A DNA stretch of 64,000 bases. It comes from Podarcis cretensis. Its lineage: Eukaryota. The DNA is taken from NCBI GenBank assembly GCA_951804945.1, contig OX638149.1, positions 92,504,001-92,568,000 on the forward strand. The letters are read 5' to 3'. The stretch's first letter is position 1; each line of letters opens with the position of its first letter. The notes under the pieces were generated by a model. That model had not been told where the DNA came from. It made no database searches and saw only the letters and a list, made by a program, of their open reading frames with translations. The position numbers and the translations under genes are program-made. Below are positions 27,101 to 39,100 of this stretch, in pieces.

Positions 27101-30100
27101 CTCGATGCTGCCTATGGGGCTTTCCTGCATCAACCTCTTATCCCTTTTAATTGGTCTGGTCCCACAGCTTGGCTTTGGTCTTGCTTCCTTTCACTTCATC
27201 AGCCTTCTTTAGAGAATTTTTATTTAAGCTCAAAATTGTTAGAACTATGGTGCATTGAACTTCTTAATTTGGTAAAGGATCTGAACATTTTTAAAGGAAT
27301 GGTTCTTTGCATGTATGGAAACGTGGCTGTGTTTCATTATGTCATTTTTAGACATAATTTGAGCTGCAGTGCTGACAGTGCCACTCAAAAGGATAAGCAA
27401 TGCAACACCATTCAGAGAGTTTACTATGAGTTCACATTTTTTATTGTGGAGGTTCCTAATCTATTGATTGTGAAGACAAGGATATTCAGTGTAAACTCCA
27501 AAGTTAGGTTTGCACTTAGGTTTTACAGGATCGTCAAGGTTAATTCCTGATCATAAGGCACTATTGAAATCTTGCTCTGTGTTTAAGGGGCGAATGAGCA
27601 GCCTGTGTCTTCTCAAATTCACATTCAATTTTAAACATGTTTGTTGCTGCCTTGATAGTGGAACAGAGCAGATGTGGGGCTAGGATGTCAGGTGCTGGTG
27701 ATCCATCTTCAGGGATTACCAGCTCCCATGAGAACAAAGAATAGGGTCATCTTGAGCAGACCTGCCCAGATGTTCAAAGTTCCACTCCTACCCTCCATTA
27801 GGCTAATAGACATTAGTCTAGGCTAATAGTGCGAACACCTGTAGGGCCTTGTGTAGCTGTACATGCAAAGACTTCCACAAACTCTGGAACCCTGAAATTT
27901 ATTGCTGGCAGCCATTATGATGAGCTGTTCATAAAATAAAGGTGGTGTTTGAATTCATACGGCAGTGAACCAGATCCTCAACATAAGAAACAGAAGTTGA
28001 TTTGATTTGAAATTGCTTCTAAAGAAGGCTTCTTTGCAATAGGCTTGGTATCTTGCATGCTTTTCAAATCTCCTTTATTCTGATGTGCATATTCTTCCTG
28101 CGATGCTGCTTGATTGCATAGTGATGCGATTTTAGTGGAACATTACAACAGACAGAACTGTCATACTGTATTTTCCAAAATGGAAAAGTTGATCAGTAGC
28201 GGTCTCACAACCATACTGATAGGCTTTCCCCCAGTCTTCATTGGATAGTTGTTGTACTGTCAGTAGAACTACAGGCTTTAGGGCACAAGCTTTGAATATG
28301 GTTAAATATTCAGCACACACATATACATGCATACACCCACACACTCCAGAAACCAGCCAAAGACTATCAGATACTCAAACTATCTAAGAAAAAAAAGCCT
28401 GAGAAAACTCCCCTCGTGTATACAGTAGCACCAAAAGTGGCATGGTACTGTTGAAAATAATAGTCATGACTGTTACTAATTATTAGATTGAAGAATTTAA
28501 GAATTCTAAAAGTCTTGTTCAGTTGAGTTGCCTTCCTTAGCTGGCTTTGGCAGCAACACTCAATTCAATCAAGTGTTCTGATCAAATTTAGTAGGAGTAA
28601 GTGTGGGAGACAGGAAGCCAAGCAAAGGTTTTTACTAATCTCCTGCATTCTTAGGCAGTTTCCTGGTCAAAACCCCCACAGGCATTATAGTTATCTTTTG
28701 CTGTCATCCAAAATGGGCCTTCCTAAGTTTTCTTTGAACACACTAAGCTTTTGGGAAGTGCTTCATTCCATTTTAAAATCAGTGGTTATGCCAATAGGTA
28801 GGTGTAGAAGTTCAGATCTATAGATGCATTAATGCAGTTAATTTTAAAATACTTATTATTAGGAAATTTGGAATTCAGAACATAAAAGAATGTGATTCTG
28901 AATCCAGCTAAAAAGCAAACTTCCTTGATGTGTAATATTAAGGAACTAAGTGTCCAAGATATCTTCAATATGGAGCAACTCCAGCTATGCTCATAGGCAT
29001 TAATTAGCAGTAGAGCGGAGGAGAAAAAACTAGCCCTTCCTCTTTCTGAAGCGCTAAAGATTTTCTGTCATAACAAGATGGTTTTCCAAGACCATGCACT
29101 AATCAGAACTGGGCAAGTCCAGGACAGCTTCATTCATTAACACACTGTGTCTGCGTTAATGTTGAAAATTGTGCATATTTAAGAAGATTGATTTTGCAAT
29201 TTCCTAAAATGAAATTTGGGTACAGAAAAAATGGCAGAAACCATGCCAAGCAAGCAGGATCCAGATCAGTTAATTCTGAATAACATGTGCATGAAATACT
29301 CTTGTTTTTCCCTGGCCATGTTCGCATGCCATGTTAAACCATGGTTTAAGCATTATGTGGATAAGCCTTCCTGAGCTCAGAGCGTCAGGCTTCTGCATTT
29401 TCCCCCTCCCCTCACTTGTGCAGCAAGGATGAAGACTTCTTCTGTGTTATCTTTGCTGCTTACCATTGCATATGAACCAGAGGTCCTGGTTTAAAACAAA
29501 CAATACAGTAATTAGTTACACACGCAAACTTCATAATCCATGGTTTGAAGTTGACTTGTTCAGAAACTAGTCATGCGAACTGGGCCACAGTGTTTATGGT
29601 GAACTTCTTTATCGTTCTTCTTTGCTTCAGACTCAAAAACTATTTTCTGATACGTCAAAGTAGTTCTCCTGTTAAGAATAGTATGTTTGTCCTAAATGTT
29701 TAACAGTGTCATTTAAATCCTTTATTGCTGCTGTGCCTATCAGGTATTTTGCTTAAAAAAGGAATATAGTGTTAAGCCTGCACATTTAGGCAAATCTATA
29801 GCCATTCATATTATAGTAAGCCATGATAATCCAGCGGGCTGGATAGGTATCTGCATTCATTTCCAATTTCATTTTCTGAATGGAGTAGATGCCATGTGAA
29901 AAAGTGGGGGAGTATTCAAATTAACTGTTGCATTGGTCACCCTGAAACCAGCATGACGTCGTAGCAGCCGTGGAGGGTTTGACTTGACAGTCTACAGTTT
30001 CATTTCATTAAACCACGCATTGTGCTTGCCGCTAAACAAGTTTGTTCTTGCTAGTCTGCCACTTCCTCAGCTACCTCTTGCTCCTTCCATTCTCTCTCCT

Positions 30101-33100
30101 CATTTGTGTCTAGATACTAACTGTGCCTCATCCCATTCCCCAAACCAATCCAGGCCCCATGATGCTGGTGACTGCTGTCAACGTGGTGGAAGTGCATGGA
30201 ACGCGTGGTCCCCACCCTCGGCCCACTCAGTGGATAGACACCACTACCGTGACTTTGTCCGTGACCGCAATGTGAAGAATGCAGGAATGTACAGACAGGC
30301 TTTTGGTTCTGGTGTCCAAACCTCTGTGACTGACCTGTAGGACTTTTGACCTTTAGGAAGCCTTGATTGTTCCCTGTGGCACCTTGGAACTTTGAAGGAC
30401 AGGAGAAGACATCTTTTAAAAATAATTAACCTATGTGCTGAAACACCTGAATATGAAGGAATAGCTTTCTAGGTATTTCTCTTTCCACTTAAGAGAAAAT
30501 ACCTTAAGTTTTTTCTTAGTGGAAGAAAGGTTTAAATAGCTTCCTTGGTTGTAACAAAGCTGCATATTCTAACCATAGAAACTATATTTTGTTCTCAAAG
30601 TGTTTCAAGTAAGCATAGCTACCATGAGCAGTTTAATTGTGCTTGACATGATCTTTTAACTGTTTTATATTTTTTAAAAATAGAGGAGATGGCAACTGGC
30701 AGGTGAAGGCTGCTCCTTTTTAGTTCTTCTGCACTTTTAATAATGTGCCTAACTGGATATTAAATAGAATTATACTTTTGATATTAAAAATAAAAAAGCT
30801 TTTAAGGAAACCTGAAGGACCTCTAAGTAGGTTGTCTGAGAGTGTCTTTCTGAGATGTTTTGCTTGAATGCAAAAACCTGTTCAATTGTGTTTCCTGGAA
30901 AAGCATGTCAGCTTGCCAGTATCCTTATTGGTGTGACCAGTTCAGGTTGTATGATGTAGCTGCATGTGACCAGTTTTCTTCTGCTTCGAAAATGCTAGTT
31001 CAACAATGCAGTAACAGCAAAAACAAAGAGGTGCCTCCCTGCAATCTCAGGGGCTGAGAATCACGAGCCATTTACATCTCCTTCATTACTCCCTTATCTT
31101 CTTTGGAAGAAAAATTGTTCTGCAGCCTTCCCAGCTTCCCACATGTCAGTTTGAAGTCCATGACATTAGATAATTCATCCCTTAGAGCTTTTCTAATTTG
31201 AAGGCACAGGCATCTAGGAGGCTGCAGAGCACTGGAAAAATGTTTACTCCAAAGAAAAACACAGAAAACTAAAGCCAGCTTGCAACAATAAACTAAGTTC
31301 AATCCTGCACCAACAAAATTCTAAAGAAAACAGAAGCCTCTTTTGCAAGGGAAGAAAAATTAGGAGGGCACAGATGTTGGCACAGCTCTACTTTACACTG
31401 CATAGATGCAATGTTAAACCACCTAGAAGGGTTGTAGAGGGTTTATTTGTATTCACTCCATTGAAATGTCAGATGATGCATAGCAATGATTGCTCTGGAT
31501 TAGAGAAGCTTGGAGTTAAACAATAACAAAGCTTAAAAACAAAAGTTGAAAAATAACCAGCTTTATCAAGCTGCACTTCGATTGTGGTTATTTGCTTAAA
31601 GATAAATAAACATTAAAAGGAGTCCAGGGCATCTAAGCCAAGTCAGTTACTAGCCTCACTTTCTGCCAGCCCCTAGAGGTATCAAAAGACTTAAAAAGAG
31701 GCTCATGCTACCCTGAGCACAGGGCAGGGTTGGATTAGAAAAATGTGTCCCTCTCCCAAATCCTGCTACCCTCTGCCCTCAGTGTTACACTGCCTGTGCG
31801 GAGCTCCCTCTTCCATTTTGTTAGGGGGATCTCTGCTTATGGAAGTACACAGATAATCCCTAAATGGAGTGTTCCAGGAAGGGGGCTGAGCTGACCCAAA
31901 ATCTTCTGGATCTCAATATGGGCCCGCTGCGATCACTTGATGCTTTTGCCGGCCTTCTGCCCAGGCCAGTTTAAGTGATGTGGCTGTGTACACACTTGCA
32001 AACTGCTCATCATTATGATTGGAAGAGGGAGACATTGTGAAACATAGGAACCTTAGAGGCTACAACACATCATTTCCCCATCCTGAATGGAAGCCTGTGC
32101 ACACAGCACAGAATACTTTCTCAACATTTGTTAAATAGTGTGCATTCTAAATGTACTGTACCTCCCAAGTCTTAAAACCCACCGGCAGCCATCTCTTTGG
32201 CGCATACCTCTTTATATGTGTGGATCGGGGCACTAATTCAACCATGGTATTAGAAATGTACTAGAAAAATCACACCGCGTTTTATTTCCTAATATCAGCC
32301 AGCCATGGTGGATATGATGAGAAGCAGATATTGTGGTCAGAAGTTCCCTCTCTCACACACACCATTATGGTTAGCATAGCACTTTGTGTATCTTTGCCGG
32401 CTACAGGATGTTCTCCTCCCTGTTAACTATACTGTGCATTCTCTTGCGGGGAGAGTGCACTATAGTTTGGGAACCACAGCACTACAAGGTAATGTATTAA
32501 TCTCCATTTTGTGAAAATCAACAAATGAAATGGAAGTTGAGAACCAGTGAAATCAATAAAGCAGCCTAACTTCTTAGATTGTTTTCTATGGGAGAGCAGC
32601 AGTTCTCTTCATCACAGAAGATAACTTCTTTCCCATTCCACCCTCTGGGTCTCCTCCCTCCCTACTCCCCACCTACATAAAATGTGGCTGAGATCTGCAA
32701 GTTATCCACCCCAGACTTGCACAAAGCTTTGGTGAGAATTGCACTAGAGATTTGGGTTGGGATGTCATCAATATTCTGATGACACTTGGCTGCATCTTTT
32801 GTGTACATGTTTTGATTCCAGAGCAGTGGTGTTTCTGAAAATAGTGATTAGTATCAGAACTAAAGTGGATGGGGACAACCAAACTTAAAGCAGACATGAT
32901 AGCAGTCCTGTTGCTTAGAGGGTCTGGAAGTATGAGAGTAAGCTGCTCTGGATAATGTTCCAGTCTCTTAGAGATCAGGTTCACAAGTTGCATTTGCTTC
33001 TGGATGTCCCAAGTGGTGGGGGTGCTTTTTATCAGCTTTAGTTTGTATACCAGCAATTACTGGTTTTTTCAAGTCCTTTGCCCACAGATTGTATGCCATG

Positions 33101-36100
33101 TATAGTCTCTGTGCTATTAAAAAGTGGAGAAATTGGGTGGGTGGGACATACAGATGAATTATGCATAATGATCTACAGCAGGTGAGTGGATCTGACATTT
33201 GCTGCTGCACTGCAACATGCGCAGGTAAACTGGGTCAAGCAACCATTAAAAATAAAAGTTAAGATGGCAGGGATGCCCACCCCTTCCAGTGCATAACCAC
33301 GTCCTTTTTCTTTCCCCACCTTCTGCAGGTTGGAGAATGAGCTTCTGAAACAGGAACCTTTTGTACTATTTGGCTTCCCATAAGATTTAGAACCCTGGAT
33401 AATCAAAGTTCTAAGTCATGGGAAACTCCATGAGTACAGGATCTCCCTGCTTTAAAAGTTTGCCCTCATGCACCTTTGGCCCTCCAGACATTGCTGAACT
33501 GCAAGCATGACCAATGACCACAGGTGGTGGGAGCTGGTAGTTCATGAACATCTGAAGAGCCAAAGCTTCCCCACACCAGGGGATAGAGTTTTGAGCCTTC
33601 CCTTGCTCTCCTTAGCTGTTTGCTATATGAAGAAACTGAACAGCCAAATAGAGTCAGTGAAGAAGGTTTTTCTTTGATACATGGTAACTTCATGAGATGA
33701 TCATCATGAAATGTAATCAAAGGTTGCAGTTTTCCCAGTCTAGGTTGGGGATGGTATTATAGCAAGGGTGGTGTTTTATCATGTGTATTTGGGAAGAGTG
33801 CTGCAGGAAAATGGAAGTGAAAGATGTTACCGCAATAATTATTGTGACATGAAGAGTAAAAGAGAAGTGCTGTGTACTAAAGATTGTAAGGAGGATGAAC
33901 AGAACACTTTCATTCTATTTCTTAGAATTGTTGTTGTTGGCATCAGTCTATCTTGAAAGACAATGGAGCGCACCTCTGGGGGCAAAGCCAAACCGCCAGA
34001 GAATCACAGCTGTGGTTGTGGCTGCAGTAACTACTGCCTCCTACATTGTTTTTGCTGTGTTAGCAGCACCAAAGTGATCTCTCCAGGGCGCAAGCCTGGG
34101 CGGTGTGTATGGACGTCTTGGGACAACATTAATTACATAAGATTGCCATCTGTATCCAGATCTTTTAAAAACAACTGTGAAAAAGCATCTGCATTATTAG
34201 CATGCCAGCTTCATTACAGATCAGGAAAAGCGCACATCAGTGGTTGCCAAATTGGAGTGCTTTGTTTAAAAATGCAAATAATCACTTGCTTAGGTGTTCG
34301 TGGTTTGCCTAACAGGAAAAGGTGGGTACCACAAGAATGTTCACATTCTAGAAAATAATTGTGTAATATCTGAGAGGGCCTCAGTCATAGATAGCACAGT
34401 GTTATGCTATTTATTTAAAGGATTATACTCTGCCTGGAGGAAAAAGCCCTCTCAAGGTAGCTTACAGAAATCTTTAAAAGCACATGCAAATGCCTGACCA
34501 ATCCATACACTTTGTGATTTTTTAATTTTTTTTTTAATGCTGGGTTGGAGCTTAAGGAGCCCTGCAGTTGTACTTGCATAGCACACAGCAGAAGGAGGGA
34601 ACCCTTTTTCAGCTTGAACACCACATTTCCTTGTTGGCAACTTTTGGGGGCGCTGCATGGTGGATGGGGCAGAGCCATAGGTGAATGGATATGACCCTTC
34701 TCTTTTCTAGTCATGCAGAAGTCAGAGGTTTCTGAGCACTCATCTCTCTATCCAGGCAAGTAAGAGGCATTGTCTCAGTTCAAGGACTTCATTCCAGCAA
34801 AGCAAAACGACTTAGGGAGGGCCTAGATCAAAAACGGTGGGTTGTCCTGAGGGCTGCATCAAGAGGCTCGTAGGCCTAAAGTTCCCCACCCTTGCTGCAG
34901 AAGCTTGCTTTGAATTGTTCGTGCCTAAAACCTTGTTTCCTTTTCATATCCCATGTAGTGTGCCCCTGGTTGTTGATTTACTGGATAACAAGGAATTGTT
35001 GGAAACTTGTATTGACAATACTACTGATTTTCCTCCTGCCGGAGGGTCAGCTGAAGCATTGGAACAAACGGGTCTTGGCTTCACTCCTCTTGGCACAAAG
35101 GAGCAACCCTCCGACAAGGCGGATCCTGTTGGTAAGGAAATGCCTGGTAGAATGGGAATTATTAGGACATTTAAAATACCTGCTTACATTTCTGTGATAC
35201 TGCAAAGTATCTGATGTGTATCTGGAACGCTGTAACGTTCAACAAGGATTGTGATCCTTCCTAACCTACCAGCGTGAGCTTATCTGCAACAGACCACAGT
35301 TCTTAACAAAACAGTAGGATTTCCAGATGCTTCCAGCTGGTGCATATGCAATACTCATGTATGGCTGCACAGACGATGTTAAAAAAGCGGATAAATTACA
35401 GAATTACAGAAAAGTGTAATCCTGGTTTTAATAATTGACAGAAATGACAAAAGATTTTCAGAGCGCCATTCCAGTCTTAGGTTGACTTATATCCTATCTC
35501 TATTTGAGCAGGTGAGGATGCATCATTGAAACTCAAGCGGCTGGAAGCAGAACTCAACCCTTTGCTGGTTTCCCAGTCCAACATAAACATCAACAAACAG
35601 GTACTGAGTGTTCATTCCTCCCAAAGTTACTGAGTGTAAAGTTTAGGTTTCAGTGAAATTTGTTACTTTCCTGCTCTTTAGCCCTGCCTATATTCTGTTT
35701 TTGGAAAACCCCTGTAAAAGCTGACTAGATGCATGTGTGAATCTGATAGAAATTCTCTGGGATCTTCCTGAATAACCTAGACTGGTTTACAGTCTGAGAG
35801 GTAGCAGTTGGCACCATATCTTGTTGGGAATACAGCTCCTTTAATTGAGAACAAATTTCCTCCTAAGACAGACAGCTTCTGGCAGGACAATTTCAGCCCC
35901 AAGGAGTCTCCATGCTAGTGCATGAGAAAAACTCCAGGTTACTGGCTCCCTGACCAAACAGAAGAACCAAGTGCATTTCCATGAGTGATGTGGAGCTGAA
36001 CATCTGCTCCCACTCTGAGGCCCAGGTCATGTTCTCTAAAATAATTCACATGCAACAATCCGTCTTAGCAGCATCAAGGAAATACTGTATGCGCTGACAA

Positions 36101-39100
36101 GGTCCACTAGATGCCAGCAATTCATGGGAACACAGGGGATATTTTTTCGTTCCCTGTGCTCATGCAAGTCACCATCAGAAACTTTTGGGGTTTCAGCAAT
36201 TCACAACACACTTTTTTCTTTGGCCTGGTTTGGTGGGGATTTTGGTGCTTTAAGTCTACAAACAAGCATGTTAGTGTGACCCTTGTCATCCAGCTGCATG
36301 CATACCTTCTGCAGCCAACAAACAGATTATATCAATGGGGGAGAGGGAAACTGACATCATATTCCTCCTCCACTGTTCTTGGAATCAACTCCAGCACAGA
36401 ATCTTCTTTCTTCTAGCTAGCAGTGATAATGAAGGAAAGCCTGTGACTAGTTACTCCTCCATCATTCCTAGATCTAGCTAAAACTCAACAACAGCAGACA
36501 GAATCCTGCATGGCCTTCTAATCATTTAATTGCTGTGAGACCACCGTGGGAGCCAATTTTTGGTTGAAAAGCAGGATGAAAAGGGAATGAGCTAATAAAT
36601 AATGGGTCTTTTTTGCTCGCTCTTTAGTTGGCAGGAGTAGCAGAGCATTGTAGCTTACTGAGAGTATTGAGGAACATGCAGGTCCTCATGGTTGTTTCTG
36701 TTTTCTGTGTTGAAGCACCTCACAAGGAAAAAGTAGTTACTTCTGAATGCTCACGTTTTCCTCAATGGCTTTCATCTGCCTTGTGCACAGTTCATGGCTA
36801 GTGTATTATAAAGATTACACAGTCTAAGAAGATTAGCCTTGGGGTTCTTTTCTGATGGCTCTTCCTCATAAACAGAAGTAAACACACTCAATCCTGATCA
36901 GTGTCTAAGTCTGTTTTTTATTGTGCTTCAGCTTTAAAAAATGAAGAAAACAAGACCTCAAGTGATTAAGGAAATGAAGGTGTCTCAAACGATAATTAAA
37001 CTACAAATATGCGGACCCCCATGAGTATAGGTTATTTGTTCAACTTATGTATTCAGTTTATATTAACAAACAAATGCCATATGAATAGAACTAATGATTT
37101 TGTGCATGTTGGTACTTGCATAAACTAGGTTCTGTGTTAGGGAGTCTTACACTGTGATTAAAAAGTGTGGAGGGTTATAGCTGCCTTTGCATAACTGATG
37201 TGTGGATTTTTCAATATCAGACTATCCTATGCAGGGAACCCTTAAATCCAGAACAGATCAGCATGTACTTAACCTGTTTTGTTACCATTAAATGGATTCT
37301 TTTAAGAGTGCCAAGTTATGTTTTCCTTTCCTCAGTGAAGGTGCAACTCATTTAAGCTTTATAAATCATCATTTCCTTTGCACCCAGAAGCACAAAGTAA
37401 CACAGGAACCCTGTGTTTCAAATGCTTACAAAATTGTGAATTTAATGCTCATATACAATAATGCAGATGTGGCCTAACTTAATAGTAGCTTTTAAACTTT
37501 TTAGAAAAGTTTTTTTGCAGAAATGCTTGTATGTTTTATTTCATTTTGTACCTTTTTCCATAGGCTGGGGGTGGCTCCACAGCCATTTGTAGCGTCTGTC
37601 CCTCACTGCTCAACTTATTTCCTTCCCACACTAACCTTAACCCTCCTTATGTACAAAATATTCATATAGCAAATAAGCAATTGTACCCGAGGGCTAAAAC
37701 TTGCTAATTTTCTGGACTTCTCAAAATGGTTTAATATTTTACTATTACTTATGATAGCATAATGTAGGGATAATGCTGAAGTCTTGTGGGAGGACAGACC
37801 TTCCAACAAGCTCAGCAACAAGATGAGAACCACAAACCATTGGCTCTCTATTTAGCTGTAGAGGTTTTATCTCACTGCAGTGGGTCCTATAACTTCCCCC
37901 CAAATGGCATTCTGAAATACCTTCAGATTCCTTTCATAAACTGATGATGCAAATAGTTTAAAATTCAGTTTGCTTTGCCAGCATTTATTTTCTTGCGTTA
38001 GGACGGCAGTGAAATATTTTGTTGGAAAATAGTCTCCCTGTTTCATGTTTGAAACTGTAGTATGAATGGCCCTATTCTTACAAGAGAGTTGCTGTTGTTT
38101 TTGGCAGCTTGCTGGACTGGAAGCTTGCAAGGTTGGCAGTGCCAAGATCTAGACAATCATGCTGGCACTGAAGGGAGCAATTAATTTCTAAATGCACAGG
38201 CATTCCAGTTTCTTGAGTTTCTGGAATGTAGGGAACAATGCAAGTAAAACTTCATTAGTGATTTTTTAAAAAATTGTATTTTGTAAGATAGATACTGAGC
38301 AGTAGGTAGAAAAAAGTAGCTTGAAAACATGACTAAACTCCATAAACACACCCACAGCTGGAGAAGCACATCAGAACGACTCTGCTGCTCCTGGGACCAA
38401 GTCAGCTCTTCTGAGTCCTGCTTTCTCTCTGGAACCCTTTGTGGTTGAGTTCACTTTTAAGGGCATTCTACTGGGGAGGGGGTAATCGTTCTATTGAAAT
38501 CCAACTCTTGGAAGATTAAATACAACAGCAGACAGATTAAATAATCTGGACTTCGCTCAGCAACCATTGTGTCTACAAATCACTATAATTCTGGTTGGAA
38601 GGCAGAAAGAAACCAGAGAGGCAAAAAGAATATTGCCTCTCCCCATTTGGACATCAACAAGGAAGAGGAAGGTGAAGAGGAGGGAGCTCATTTGGATAAA
38701 ATAGTATCTTAACAGGAAATGGATTTTTAATGTGGAGGTAAAATTGGAAAATTACTTTTTACTACAAGCATTTACAAAGTTTATGGGAATCAAAAATTTC
38801 CCCCCTCACCCTGGCCCCAGTACCTTTTATTTTGTTTATTTATCAATACTTTATCCCGCCTTTGCTCCCAAGGAGCTCAAGGCAGCATATACAGTTCTTT
38901 CTCCCTATTTTATCCGCACAACAACCCTTAGGTAGGTTAGCCTGAGAGACTGTGACTGGCCCAAGATCACCCAATGAGTTTCATGGCTGAGAAAGGATTT
39001 AACCCTGGTCTCCCAGGTTCAACACTCTAACCACTATACCATACTCACTCTCTGTGTTTCCCTTTTTATCCCAGTTGTATACCTGCACTAATAAGCCTGT

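Noticed and set aside
26996-27550. 184-aa ORF in an EPB41L5 intron
   Set aside because: No ATG start, no recognisable domain, intron-like composition, not needed for the gene model
38545-38712. Purine-rich open frame ...[24 protein letters not shown] that looks exon-like
   Set aside because: No credible acceptor, start or donor; in-frame stop immediately upstream
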